64,000 bases of DNA from Spironucleus salmonicida (taxonomy: Eukaryota), in the NCBI RefSeq assembly GCF_000497125.1, contig NC_090603.1, positions 682,001-746,000 on the forward strand, given 5' to 3'. Shown here piece after piece: positions 27,304 to 41,006 of the stretch. Below the pieces are notes generated by a model, which did not search any database, was not told the origin of the DNA, and worked only from the letters and a program-made list of their open reading frames with translations. Numbering within the stretch: the stretch's first letter is position 1; each line of letters starts with the position of its first letter. The position numbers and the translations under genes are program-made.

Positions 27304-27371
27304 TTATAATTTGAAGTGGATGATTTAATTAAAATACAATAATAATATAATATGATATACAAACCAAATAA

Positions 27372-27794
27372 ATGACAGTTTCAGTTGCAGTAATTTCAAA
27401 AACATAGTAGTTTTAGTTCACAGGTTAATATGTTAAAGGAACACCAAATTATTAAGTTCTCGATCCATCTACGTATCTTTTCTTTTATTCTCTAATGGAT
27501 GAAGTATTTTAAATATTTAAACAAACTTCTAACTAATCCTTACATAAAATGAATATAGGTACTGATTTTCTATAATAAGTACATGGATATCGGACCTTTA
27601 CAGGATCGGTAATACTAATTGGTATTCAAAATGATATTACAGTCAGTGAAGAAAAAGTTAAGAACTGCTTTATAAGTATACACAAAATATTAAGCCTAGC
27701 TATGATGAATATATTTTATAAGGATAATACCATGCTAGAAGATGATGTTTTAATTAATGATATAGGTACAGCTGTCTATCCATTAACGATTTGA
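27372..27794 (+). CDS. Sedlin/TRAPPC2-family longin protein, 140 aa
   Basis: Size plus YSLMDEV, VHGYRTFTGSVILI and IHKILSLAMMNIFY segments. Confidence 0.7.
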
Positions 27795-27859
27795 TATTTT
27801 TATCAGAACTTTTTCATATATCGATTATATTATTATATTAAATAACTTATTACTTGCAA

Positions 27860-28582
27860 ATGACCTTACTTACTCAATTATAATCACTCATTCATAAGCG
27901 ATCTGCAGTAACTCTTTCTTTGACCTTCATTTAAAGTACAATTGAAAAATTTAATAAAATCACTAATAATAAATTTGATTCTCAACTACTTTTGAATAAG
28001 GCTAATTTTGTATTCGATGAATTCCTGATTTCAGATGTATAAAATTCAGCCAATCATCACCCGGAGATTCTTAAACTCACATTAAAACCTTTAGTTCTTA
28101 AAATTTTTCCTATAAAAAAATCTGAAGCATTTATATCAAAACCTCTTCCAGTGTTCGTATGCTAAGTTATATTTCATTCATTGTAAGATTTTCTTATCTC
28201 AAAGAATTATTAAATGTGTCAAGTTAATGTTGAAATTACCAAAGATGTAACATTTTATTTGCTTATTACATAATCAATTTGCTCTAAATTTCTTTTACCT
28301 GGTGCAAAAATTTTAGTAACTGCTTCAGTTCTATATTAAGACTTTGTCGAAGTAGTCGAATTTATACCGCTTGGAGGTGCTAATGTTGCAAAAATACATG
28401 AAATTTACTCTGAATAGGCAGATGGAGTTCGTAGTTTATATGTTAAAATTCAAAATGAAAAAGTGGCATAAATTTTAGAAAATGATGGGGGTTTTCCTGC
28501 CGTTAAGCAAATTTGGATGGAAGATGCTAGGTGTGATGTGGTAATTGGTAGGGTTCCGTTAGGATCTGTTGATAAAGAGTGA
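27860..28582 (+). CDS. Possible RMI1-like N-terminal OB-fold protein, 240 aa
   Basis: FLISDV, LPGAKILV and LGGANVAKI resemble RMI1/TDRD3 OB-fold motifs; highly divergent. Confidence 0.5.
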
Positions 28583-28792
28583 GTATTGCGTGATACAATC
28601 GAATTAGATGAAGTATAATAATTCAATGGATAAATATTGAAGATATTTTAATAACTTATTAATTATTAAGTTATATTATATTATTATAGTACTAGTTTCC
28701 TAGTGCATTGCTTTTATTTATTATTTAATCTAACATTAGATAAACACAAAGTATAAAATTTGCTATATATAATAAATATATAGATTTTTAAA

Positions 28793-29491
28793 ATGGAGCA
28801 ATATAATCGTCGTCGGAGCTCTCATCTAGCTCGAGTATTCAGTTTATATGAAGAGCTTCCTTCTCATTTTAGATTTTGCTTGTTTAATATTTTCTTTATT
28901 CTAATGATTTTTGCCTTAATGTGTATCGTGGAACTTGGGTTGGATATTTAACTATTTAAGCGTACAGCACTTAAAAATAGCAGGGTTTTAATATGGTTAC
29001 CACCAATGTCTGCAGCTTCTATTTGCATATTTATGTTTTGTTTATTTACAATTGTTTATTTTATCGAATCATATCTTATTAAATCTAACAAATTCTGGTT
29101 TTAGTTTGGGACATTTTGTATATATGGAGCATTAGTATTTTTCTTTGCTTTAGTACTTGTAATGCCATGGTTTTTTGTTAGTTTTATAATAGTACATGAT
29201 GTCTATAGCATAATATTACAAGTAGCACCTGTACTATTTTATCAAATGTGTGGTTATCTAGTATTGAGCTTGTTTTTAATTATCTTTGTAGCTTGGGTTG
29301 TTGGTTGGATTATTTTAGAAAAAATTTTAGTTGCAACAGGGCTTAGAAAGAGAATATCTGAAGTTTAACACCCTATGAAAATTGAAAATGACGATCAAAG
29401 AATAAGTACAAGTGTTACTAATGGAACACCAATAAAATATGAATAGTTAGTTTTGGATTCTGATGTTAATCTTGAAAGTAGTTATAAGTGA
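28793..29491 (+). CDS. Multi-pass membrane protein (about 4 TM), 232 aa
   Basis: Four hydrophobic stretches; in frame with track ORF 29162-29368; ends AAGTGA. Confidence 0.75.
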
Positions 29492-29501
29492 ACGGTTAAA
29501 A

Positions 29502-30227
29502 TCACTATAGATCATCAAGGATATCTACTTTTTTCTTGGGGATTTAAGACAAAGGACGCATAATTTTAACCTTTTGCTATGTTTTTGCTAACTATGACGT
29601 GTCCATACCAGTGGTTATAGGCCTAATTCGAAATGATTTGCATAAATCTGATGAGCTATCGATCTGTGATGCTGTTAATTATTATTCCTCTGGTTTCCCA
29701 TTAATATCATTAATAATTCGATCTGCAACTTATTTAACTCTTTAGTGATTATTTATTACGTTAAAAATACGATCTCGTTTGTCCTCTAATGATTTTCTTT
29801 CCAGATTTAATGCAGCTTTGAGTGATAATATATCATTACAATTAAATTATACAGTTGTAGTTTATTCATATTCTCTGTTAACTAAATCGGCATGCTTAAT
29901 TTTTTGAACAGGCTCAGATGATATGAATCGCTCAAATTTTTATTAAATTTACTTAGATGTCTCAGCAGCTACACCTTCAAATAATGTTGAGTTTTTATCT
30001 CTTAGAAATATAGATGCATCTGTATTGATAATACCAGTAAGTTCATTAACCATATTTAGTAAAATTTCTGCATAAGAAATAACTTCATTATATAAATCCA
30101 AATTGTACTCTACTTATTCTGGTCCTATTTAAATGTGAATCTAATCTTAGAGAGAAAGAGGAAGAGTGGTTTAGATAGTGTGCCAAAATGGTTTAATACC
30201 TACATACTATCGCGCCTTCTCTTGCAT
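29502..30227 (-). CDS. Coiled-coil protein, possibly CCDC24-like, 241 aa
   Basis: FWHTIQTTLP...IGPEQVEYNLDLYNEV and LKAALNLERKSLED patterns; ends TAGTGA. Confidence 0.55.
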
Positions 30228-30324
30228 TTTGGTAATATATGTATATGTATTACATATAAACTAAAAACAATATTACAAATTAGTAGTTAATTTTACTTTA
30301 AAATAATTTGCTATTTACCTCAAC

Positions 30325-31440
30325 TCACTCAAAATCATCTAAAACCTACTCAACAGCCGCATCAAGATGTATAGAGTCATTTTCATTAACTTATAACTAT
30401 CTAAAATACTCTTAGCCTCCTTATTTAATATGAAAAACTCGTCTTGAACAATCTTTCCCTTTTGTTAATTGTTGAAGTCCTACTTCACTAGGATTTATTC
30501 TTAATAATACTGATTTTTAGGTGTTAGTTCGCAGAATTCTTTCAAATTCTATCCTTAAACTGGGTACTTTCAATCCACATCCAAGTTCTAAAATTAGTAG
30601 ATTCTAAGTTTTCAGTTACTTTTTCAAGATTTTCCACTAGTCTTCTTTATTAGTATCATCGCAATAGGAGAAATCCTCGAACATGAGAACGTGAGGTCTT
30701 AAAAGTTATTCACAAAAACAACAACGAGGCAAACAAGTTCCTTCCAGTTCTAGTAAATTTGGCCGAATTCTAGTATACTTACATGACTTATCATTAGTAT
30801 TGCTACATTACATCTTTTCATTTACCTAAAATGTATAATTTTTAAGCTGATATAGAATCTATGAACATGGTCCAGAACACTACCAATAACGGAGTTAGCC
30901 ATGGAATTCATAGAGTTATTCCGTATCAACAAAATTTGTGAAAAATCCATCAATATTTGATGTATAAATGAAGAAATCTTTACTATTTGATTAGAGGAAG
31001 CTTATTAAATTTTAATATCCTGCATGTGGTTTGTGTGTTTAGTAAGCATTATAACAAGTTCCCCAAAAACCATAAAAGATGAGATAATTGCGTTTCAACC
31101 ATAAAGGATCGCAGAGATCATCATATGTTAGACCTTATTGCTAGTAGAATGGAATTTTTGCAATATCACGAAAAGTTTTGAGCCCTGAATCCACAGAGAA
31201 TCCAGCACCAGCTCCAATAAGTACAAAATCTGCCTTAATTATTTATTCAGCAAGGCTTGAATTTAAAAATGATTTCGGTCTAAACGTTTATGATGTTTAC
31301 GGCTTTTATGGAAATGACACTATAGGTTTACTAGAAATCCGTAATAGTTGTTATTAAGATTTTATTTAACCTAATTTAGAACTTCTAAATCCAGAATTAC
31401 TGGGTTATAATGTTAAACTTTTGGTTGGAATCTGCCTCAT
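30325..31440 (-). CDS. Sir2-family NAD-dependent deacylase, bacterial-like, 371 aa
   Basis: IGAGAGFSVDSGLKTFR, TSNIDG, EFHG, Zn ligands (CSGPC, CCFC), RPHVLMF, LELGCG and RINP. Confidence 0.92.
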
Positions 31441-31553
31441 ATTTTTGGAGATTTAGTAACTGTTGTATATTACATTATATTAGTAATCACCAGAATCTGA
31501 ATTATTTGCGGAAAAATTACTATTATTATCACATTCTTAAGACAGTTGCAAAA

Positions 31554-31961
31554 ATGAACTAATCGCTTCCACCTTTAGAATTATCAAATCCATTACACAG
31601 CTTTGCAATGTCTTATACTCCAAAAGAAAATAGTCTCATTATCAAGTAATAAACATAATCTGATCTTCTTAAACTATAGCCTTTAGATCGATTTTTAGAC
31701 AGGTCATCAGAATTCTCAAATTAAGAATTCAATGTAGCAATGTCACGATACAGATATAAAAAAACTCCAAATGTTGCCAAAAGGGCGCAATCTCAGTTAT
31801 TTATAACTAAAAGTTTACCCATAAACACCAAACTACATGATGAAGAAATATAAAATAAGACAAAATTATGTCAAATGGAGTTTAATCCTTAGTAGAAAGA
31901 AAATCACAATCCTTTGAAGAAAAATTATACGGCTCGCGGATAGAGCAAGTTAGATCATTGA
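31554..31961 (+). CDS. Hypothetical protein, 135 aa
   Basis: MNQSLPPLELSNPL...; open frame between two minus-strand genes. Confidence 0.6.
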
Positions 31962-31969
31962 TAATAATA

Positions 31970-34108
31970 TCACTCTACCTTGTAGTATGATATTTCTGAA
32001 TCTCCGCCTATAAAGCAGCCAATACCGGTACCAACACCACAGTTCATGTTACAGGTAATTTTTCGATGCTTTCCAGCCCGTATATCAAAAATACTATCTT
32101 TTGATACTATCAAATTTGAAGTTACAAAGCATGCGTTTCTCCCTTCAAAGCTACAAACAGAGTTTTCTTATCTAAAGTCATAAATAACAACTTGGCTTCC
32201 GCTCTCAACTCCAAACAAGTTTGTATTTGAAAGGTCAAAATCTGGTAAGAATATACTATTTATAGACTTTTTAAACGCAGAATTGTTATTTTTGATTGAA
32301 AACACACTTTTCTCGCTTATGATATCATAAATATTAAACCATATATTGTCTTACCTATCGAAATCATATCCCGTAAATCCCATAAGAACGTGAGGCGACC
32401 TCATCTTTGTAAAAGCAGCCCCGCAACTAATTTATAATGGAAAATTAACTTTTTTGAGTAAAATATTATATTGTTAATTGATATAAAAGAACTCCAAGCA
32501 CCCCAGGCAGCTCCTAGCGAGTAGAGAAAATTCATCATGCTGCGGCCACAAAAAACTCAGAAATGCAGAATTTTGGACGCAATTTGATTCAATCTTCTGC
32601 CCCAGCTTCGGCTATGAATTATTAATATTATAAATGTGCGTACATTAGCTGCCGCTGAAAGCCACCATTTTCCCACCCTTATGAAGGCTAAAATTCGTAA
32701 AATTCTCGCTGAACGAAACATCGTATTTAGGCGAAAGATTTTTGGCGAAGAAGATCGTCTTCCTCTGGTTGGTGAGCGCCGCAACATGGGTGTCCGAGAG
32801 TTGAATTTACGTGAACTGTGTTGACTCCAAAGCGAATTTGTTAGTCTACGAAAGAGTTGAAAAGTATGACACATCAGCTTGATTTTGGACAGTAGTTTGA
32901 GATTTTGGTGGAACATTAGACTGCTTTTAGCCTAATTTATGCTTTTCAGACCACGGCATTTCGAGCTTGATAAGGGGCTTTGGAGCGTGATACATGATTT
33001 TCTGGTCCGTTTTCTTTGCCTTCTCCTTGAGTTTGAACAAGGACTGCTTTTTAGCCGTGATTTTTGGATGATTCGGGTTGATCAGACTTTCTTGTTTCAG
33101 GCTGATTTGGATAAGGTTTTCTGGATTTTCAGCTATTTCTTAGCTGAATTGAAATTTGAACGTTTTGGGCTAAATGATTAAGTCGTATATTCGCTTTTCG
33201 TTCTGCTTTTACTCGGGTTGGGATAATATAAGGCAACTAAAAATTTGCTATTTATCGTTTTTATTGATAATCCATGATAGAGAATTATCATATCCAGTTA
33301 TATTGTCAGAAAGAATGTTTATATTAAATTAAGTGAAACTTGACCCGTTTAGGCTATTAATTGGTGAGATAAATGCTTTATAAATAGAGTCGTAAATTAT
33401 TAGAATAAGTGATTCTTATTATTAATCATTGTCAAGAAAAACGGACTTTAATGCGAAAATAAACTCACATTCTATATTCAAAAGTGATTTGTATGATATA
33501 TTGTGTGTTTTCGAATTTGCTAAAACTGAAAGCTAAGATCTTCCAAAAATAATTGATTTTTCTGTGAAATCAATGATTTAACCTGGCTAAAAAGGAACAT
33601 AATTGACTGAATGGGTTTTTGGTGGTATAATAATGGCTCCTTATATAGAAACTAGAGTGGAATTAGAAGAAAACTAACAAAAATTATCTTGTTTATAAGG
33701 AGTTAATTCTAATGAATTTAGTGAAAAGTGTAGTAATGCATATTGTACGGAGATATAAATCTGATCGTTTATGCACTTTATGTGTGCTATATTTGTTTGC
33801 TATGGAAGATCCAAAGAATATATTAAATCTGGGTTGACAAATGTTATTTTATCTGCATAATCTGTAAATACATCTGGCATTATATATATCTTTATTTAAG
33901 TTGCTGACACTGTAAAAATTTAATGATTTACGATTTCTACATCAATAACAGCCTCATTGATATTTACGGCAAATCTTGAAAATTATACATCCTTATAATA
34001 AATTTAAAGATCATCTTATCTGAATGCAACAATAAAATTAGATATCTATCTCAATTTCAGCACATTTCTTGTCGTGATATAATCTTCTTCAAATAAAGTG
34101 ACAAACAT
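31970..34108 (-). CDS. Divergent WD40-like protein with a basic low-complexity linker, 712 aa
   Basis: Continuous frame; beta-strand repeats ending IYDFR and IFDIRAG; ends GAGTGA. Confidence 0.65.
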
Positions 34109-34161
34109 TCAACAATATTAACCATATATATTTTTTAAGATATAATATAAATATAACTTAT

Positions 34162-34398
34162 ATGTAAGAGAAAATAGGCGATATGCTAGACTAATAATCT
34201 AAGCTGATCAAACGATTAGAGAATATGGCATTATAAATAAGCTAGATGAAAAAGATAAAAGCTGGATATTTGATGACTAATGAATAGTAAACCCTGAAAA
34301 TTAATTAGGCAAAAAATCTGTAACTAACACAAAGATATTAAGATATCTTAGTTGAAAACCATCAGTTGAAGGCTTAATTAGCAAAAATGAGTGAATGA
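34162..34398 (+). CDS. Small coiled-coil protein, 78 aa
   Basis: MQEKIGDMLDQQSKLIKRLENM... heptad pattern; ends AGTGAATGA. Confidence 0.55.
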
Positions 34399-34406
34399 AC
34401 TTTAAG

Positions 34407-34976
34407 TCAATAAATAGCTTCTAAGTCAATGAAACCTCCAGTTTCACCAGAACTTTCCATTTTCTCAACAAGCCAGTCAAATGCTTCAGTTATTCCAACA
34501 CCATTTCGCCCAGATCCAGTAAATATCCTGACATCTCTATTTTCAAAGACAAACAGCTTTTCCAGTTGATCCTAAGTTTTCGCCCCTTCAATATCCTATT
34601 TATTACCAAATACAATAACTGGACATCCTTTTAGTCTTTCTGCTCCTAATACTTCATTTAATGCGTCAATTGCAGTATAAAGCCTTTCAGAATCAGCAGA
34701 ATCTAAAACCCAGAAAAGACCATCAGTGGAATCACAAAAAGATTTCCAAAATGCTCTTATAGTCCTTTAACCACCAACATCCCAAAGAGCTATCTAAGAA
34801 TTTTCGGTTGTGAATTATTATATTTAAAATCCAAGAGTCGGTTGCACCGAATCAGTTTCTAATCCTAAAAGATTTCTAACACAAGTAGTTTTTCCAGAAG
34901 AATCAAGACCAATTATAAGGACTCTAAGTTCTCTTTGTTATTTTTTAAGATTTTTAACTAATGTAGCAAATGGCAT
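34407..34976 (-). CDS. ARL2: ADP-ribosylation factor-like GTPase 2, 189 aa
   Basis: RELRVLIIGLDSSGKTT, PTLGF, WDVGGQRTIRAFW, TDGLFWVLDSAD and NKQD. Confidence 0.88.
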
Positions 34977-35033
34977 TTTGTGTATATTCTAAATAAAATA
35001 GTTATTATATATTTCAATACAATTTTCACTTTA

Positions 35034-36596
35034 TCATTTCCATCTTATTCCACCATTTGCTGTACTAGATGAAGTAACTGCAGATCCACTTTGTGGTCTA
35101 GAATTACTAGTAGATTTTTGCTATTATTACTAAACATATTAATTTTATGTTGATTGTAGTGGCCTTTAACCAGTAGTAGTCTAGGGTCTGTAGTTAATTG
35201 TTGGACGATTTTATGGGACAACTTTTGCTGTTTAAGATACAACTTAACTTTATTATTATTATTGATATAAAGGTGGGGCTTGGCCTAGTTAAGTGGCTAC
35301 CCTAGGTGGGGTTGGAGGTCTTATTCTAGAAAATGATGGAGCTTTACCCTAAGCAGGCGAGGTACGAGGTTGTTGTTATACTCTTTATTAGACATTAATA
35401 GGTGGTTCAGGATTTGTTGCTCTAGGTGGAGCTGAAAACTCTTCTACAAAGTCTTACTATCTCTATTATGACGGTAATTAAGGTTTAGTTTATTGAACTA
35501 CTTGTGTTTAACCTTATTTACCAAATACTGCTTATTTTAACTTAGTTTCGAAATCTGCTACACTACAAATTACTGCATTAGGGTCATATTTACTCCTACA
35601 TAAAGGATTTTACTTTCTTAATATGGATACTGGAATGGCGCACACTGCGTATCCTTGACAATCAGGACCAGTTGCCTGCAAATATCCATCAGGCCGCCTT
35701 GTATGAGAATTTTATATATCCAAATCAAAACTAACAGCAGGTAGCAGTGTTGTATCTAACCTAACTGGTAAACATCGTACTTGAGTATTGCTCTGATAGC
35801 TAGGAGTTCTTGGCCTAAATAATTAACTGCACATATTAGGATTAACTGGCTTTCCATTTTAGTCAAAATTAGCATATTATGATGGTATTTATGCTGTTTA
35901 TAGACCATCCCTAAAACTTACATTTGACTTTAGCTACTTTTAAACTATATTAGCTCTAATAAGAGCATCTATAGGGGATTATTATATTAATGATAAATCC
36001 GGTTAATCTTATGACTAAATAGCATTTAAAAATGTATTTCTATGCAGAATCTCTGAAAAATTTAACTTTAAACCTCTAATATTTCCAAAGATATCCTTGA
36101 ATTCTCCATATTTCGCGCGTCTTCTATTAGCAAACTCATGAAGCTATTTAACATAATTAGGATGAGGTTTAGAACAAGTTCTTTTAGTAGCAATGAATTA
36201 CAATGCTCTGTGAGGAGGCCAGTGAAATCTATGGATCAAATATGCTGCCATGAGAATTATAGAACGTGAATCTCCATTTTATGAGTGGATTAAAACACAC
36301 GAATCTTGCTCAACAGCCTCATTAATAAATCTTACTATTTATGTAATACGCTCGTCTTTAGAGTCAAAAATTTAAGAAGATCCAGCTTAATCAAATTAGT
36401 AAGAAAGATATCTAATATTAAGTTATTAAAATCGATTAGGAACTTAGTGTGCAACAGAGTTAATTACTCTAGAAATAGAATTTGAAAAGATAAAGTCCTC
36501 ATCGTCAGCAGCATAGTGTGAGCCAACGAAAACGTTATCTAGTACACGATTTGCCATGAACATTGGTGGATCAGAGGGTTAATAGTCATAGTTCAT
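35034..36596 (-). CDS. Dual-specificity phosphatase-fold protein lacking the catalytic Cys, 520 aa
   Basis: NVFVGS, VLIHSQNGDSRS, AAYLI and PHPNYVKQL; Pro/Gln-rich tail. Confidence 0.85.
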
Positions 36597-36921
36597 ATAA
36601 ATTTTGGAGTGGGTAGAAAAGAACTATTTTATATTTAGTTAATATAATAATTCAGATAAACTTATCATCAATTAATTTTATAATATGCTTGATATATTCA
36701 GAGCAAAACATGTTTGATTAAAGCAAATCAAGAATCGATAAATTAAAACATTATGAGTTACAAATTTAACTCGTATACTCAAATCAAGTATTTTATTCAA
36801 TTATCGAACTATTCAAATTCCCAAAGGTATACAAATTATAATATCTCAAAAAAAATTAAAAAGATATACTTACTTATATGGTATAATATATTAATTTCAT
36901 ATCAGAAAAATTATTTAAAAA

Positions 36922-37395
36922 ATGTACAGACTTAAACTTCCATAGCCGCGAATTCCCCATCAGGATTTATCGTTTGCTGTGGAGTTTAAGAAGCAAAAAT
37001 TATCTATGAAACAAATTTGCAAATCTCCCCAGTAAGTGTTCATTAAAATGACGAAGCAAAATCCGCAAAATACAAGATTTCATAGACCCTGTATACCTCT
37101 CTCCCCAAAACAAGTAGTCTTTACCTAAAAGCCATTTTCTACGCTAAACTGTGCAGAGAATAACAAACTGGTAAGTACATAAATTCAAATTTAAACAGAT
37201 TTTTCACTCTAAATTAAAAAAGTTCATTTTCTCGAAAAAACTATCTAGAAAAAGTCCTTCAGGCGGCAATGCCCGATTTACAAAAATGCATCCAACATAC
37301 TAGAATTAAGCGATAGCGATGATATTCTAGGTAACACCGAAATAATTTGCAATAGAATAAACGATATTGATATTTTTAGTGAACTGAGTGAATGA
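36922..37395 (+). CDS. Hypothetical basic protein, 157 aa
   Basis: MYRLKLPQPRIP...; ends AGTGAATGA. Confidence 0.6.
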
Positions 37396-37399
37396 ATTT

Positions 37400-40300
37400 T
37401 CACATTCTCACAACGCTATCAAGGCGTACAACTCCTATAATTTCGCGAATCTCACCATCCACATTACCCAATTCAACATCATTCGGTGTAACCAGAACGC
37501 TCTAAATACTACTTCCTAATAAAACTGAACTAAGCATTTTGAAACTCTTTTCGCGTCTTCCAGCATCCATAAATACGTCCCATTCATCGATTTGTAAATA
37601 GGATGATTGAACAATTTTGCACAGGGATGTGATAAAACATAATGCAGCAAAAGTTTGTTCGCCGCCACTAAGCGTCTTCACATCACGCTTATCGCTCTTA
37701 ATTTCAAGTCTCCCGTCCAGCAGCTCATTTTCTACGTAAAATTCATCATATTATTAGCACATTTCTGGTTCGACGTCGCGTCGCCAACCGTCTGAAACCG
37801 TATCTAAATGCATGAGCTTCCCAAATTGGAAGTTTAATACAAGAGAAATTCCGAGCTCACGGCTTTGCTTGCTAAAAATTGCAACAATTTCACGTTCGAT
37901 GCGTGAACGGAGCGAAAAGAGTCTTAACTAACCAAAACATACAGAATTATTCAAAAATCCTTTTTGCTGTTGAATTAAAGTTAATTCATCATTTAAAAGC
38001 TAATAGTTGAATACGAGTTAATTTAACTTTTCAACTTCTTTTGATATATCTGCTTTATTTACATCAAATTATTCCATTTGGCTTTAGAGCAAATGGAGTG
38101 CTTCCAGTGCGACTTTTGATTGTACTCGAATTTTATTACGAAAACTATCAATTTCTACTTAGTCTTAAGGGTTAGAAATGCTGAAAAATGCTGCAGAAAG
38201 TGGTGTTATTTTCGTATTTTTAGCTTTAATTACTCTACTTGAATTAAGTAAATTTAAAGATTTAACTTCTATTTCTTCAGAAAATTTCTAATATTATTAT
38301 TGATCTAAAATAATATCCTTTTAAAATTCATTGTAAACATCTGTCGCATGGGATAGTTTCTATTGAAGATTTGATAGATTTAGAAGTAACTAAACCTTAT
38401 CGAATGCTTCTAGAGAGTTTTGGAGCGAAGTAAGTTCGGTTTGCTCAAGTTTTAGTTTTTCGTTTTGCTGGTCAAAAATTTTCTTCATTGCCTGGAAGTT
38501 GAGGGATGCCTTTGATGTTAGTTAAAGTTATGAATTTATATTCTTATCAAGTTCTGGTATTAGAGTTCTGTAATTTTCGATCTTTACATTTGAGTTAATA
38601 ACTTGATCCTCTAGTTGCTGTTTTTCGATTATTCTATCGTCGTTTTCACGTTTTAATCTATTGAAATTTTATAATTGATCATTATAGTGTGTAAGGTATT
38701 TTAAACGATGCTTTTCTGCCTAATTTAACTGCTCGTTAATAGCAGCAAGTTTTCTGTCTAAATTTGAAATTTAATCTGAAACTTTATTTAGAGAAGATGT
38801 TTTTTGTATAATTTCCATGTCTAGTTAATTAAATTTTGTTTCTTGTTATTAAAATTCGGTAATATCATTTTATGCAGCAACTATCCCTTGTAGTATTTAT
38901 TTTTCACTCCGATTTTCTTAAATAAAAATCGTAGATTCCGCAGAAGAATTGAAGTAAAGTTAAGTAGATAACGGTCTACTATTAACAGAATTATGTGTAA
39001 AAGTTAATATTGCTTATGCATCAATTGGTAAAATAGATAATCTAGGATTGAATTCAAAGACTTTTATTGCATCCTTCATATTTTGAATAATAATCACATT
39101 TTCTATATTTTTTGTCATTAAAAGTGCAGTTTTAACATAATCATTTGAAAATACTAATGTTGACAGTAATGGAATAATTTTTATGCCATTAATTTCACTT
39201 GGTAATTAAACACCTGTGTATGCCTTTTTAACTGTAACTGTAGAATATAAGCCTTTTACCATATTATGTACTTGGGATTCTTAATCAGGATTTGATATTA
39301 CTATTTATCCTATATCTCGTTTTGTTAAGTAATTTTATATTTATTTTTAAATTTTGTTAAATTTTTCGTTAACATACATATAAGCTGAGATAGGACCATA
39401 CACTCCATCCATATCTTTAGTTTTATTATAAACATCTTGATCTAAACTTGATAATGTTTTTACTATTTAATTTTGTATATTCTGATTACTCTTCATATTT
39501 TCCAATTAGAACTATAAGCTTCTAAGTACTTGCTACTTCTACTCTAATTATTAGTTAAATTCATTAAATTTATTATTTAAGTTTTGAATTTATTATTTAA
39601 TCTTTAAATGTTCGACTTTTTATTCATGAATTTAAGTTTTTATATCGTTTTCTTCTTCTTTTAGCTTTGCAGATTCTTAATTAAAAATTCCCAATTTCTC
39701 AGGTATTTCAGGTTCACGGTGTAGAAATGGTGCTAATACAAATATTTTAAGCCTCTATTTTACTTTTTCAATATTTTTTATAGTTGAATCTAGGTTTTGA
39801 ACTTACTACTTCTTATCATTTTCTAACCTGACTTGTTCTATTTATTCTCTAGAAAACTTAAGTTTTTCTGCACTGAGATCTTATTAAATATTATCTAATA
39901 TATTTTATTCTTGATCAACTTGTTCTTTCTATTAAATTATCTGTTTTTCAATTTATTCTGTCTCTAAGCCGCATCTTGTAAGTTGTTTTTCATATTCATA
40001 TATTTATATTTAAGCTGGAATTATATTATTCTTTTAATACTCAGTTAAGTTAATCTATTTCTCAACACATTTTAAATTTAACTCTTCACATTCTCCACTT
40101 AATATTTCTAGCTATAATCCTGCACCTTCTATTACAATTTTACTGAATTTTTCGTTTTCTTAAATAATCTTCTGTATTTTCTATGCTTCCTCTTAGATAG
40201 ATGTGACACTATCTTCTAACTCTATTATCTAATTTTCCATTTCTTTAATATTTTGACATGTTTAATTAACACTTGTTTCAATTATATCCAAATTAGTAGC

Positions 40301-40909
40301 TTCTTAAAACGTTTAATATCTTTAACTGCTATCTAACTGAGCTAGCTTTTTCATAAGTGACTGCGAAATCATTGTTGATGTATTATCAGGAAAATGATTC
40401 ATATTTTAAAATATACTAACTGCATCGTATACAGTAATATTTATAAATCTATCATTATTATTATAGTAATTAACTTTAAATTAATTGGCAGATACATGTG
40501 ATCTTTATACTCCAATAACTTATTGACCTGTCCAAAACCATCCTGTAACCTTACAACTATTAGAATGACCTATATCAGTAGTATTTTTGATCAATACTTA
40601 GGTTTTTAAGTCAGTAGCTGTTATAGCTCCATCTCGTACTTTAGAAGGTTTTCCATTAATTAAATAATGTACAGCCTATAAAATTGATGATTTTCCTGAT
40701 CCATTTTATCCATGGATTAATGTTATAGGACGTTAAAAGTCGACTATACGATCACGATGGGTCAAAAAATTTTCAAGGTGTACTCTAAGTAAAGTACCTT
40801 TATTTATGTAAAGTGAAGCTGATCTAGGAATTTTATATATATTCTACAATGTTTCGTGTTAATTTTCGGAAAAATATTTAACAACCTCATCTGGAATAGC
40901 TTACCCCAT
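37400..40909 (-). CDS. SMC6: SMC6-like ATPase, 1169 aa
   Basis: LENFLTH, Walker A GQNGSGKS, long coiled coil, LSGGE signature, and Walker B/D-loop IDEWDVFMD of SMC6 type. Confidence 0.88.
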
Positions 40910-41006
40910 ATTCTATAAATGTGACGGCATTCAAAATTGTAACTTTTATTTATAATTATTATTCGTTATACTAAATAATTCCCACAAATAAATTTCCTTT
41001 CCAAAC

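Noticed and set aside
34971..34976. ARL2 Gly2 replaced by Pro as a novelty
   Set aside because: ARL2 is generally not myristoylated, so the change is of little consequence.
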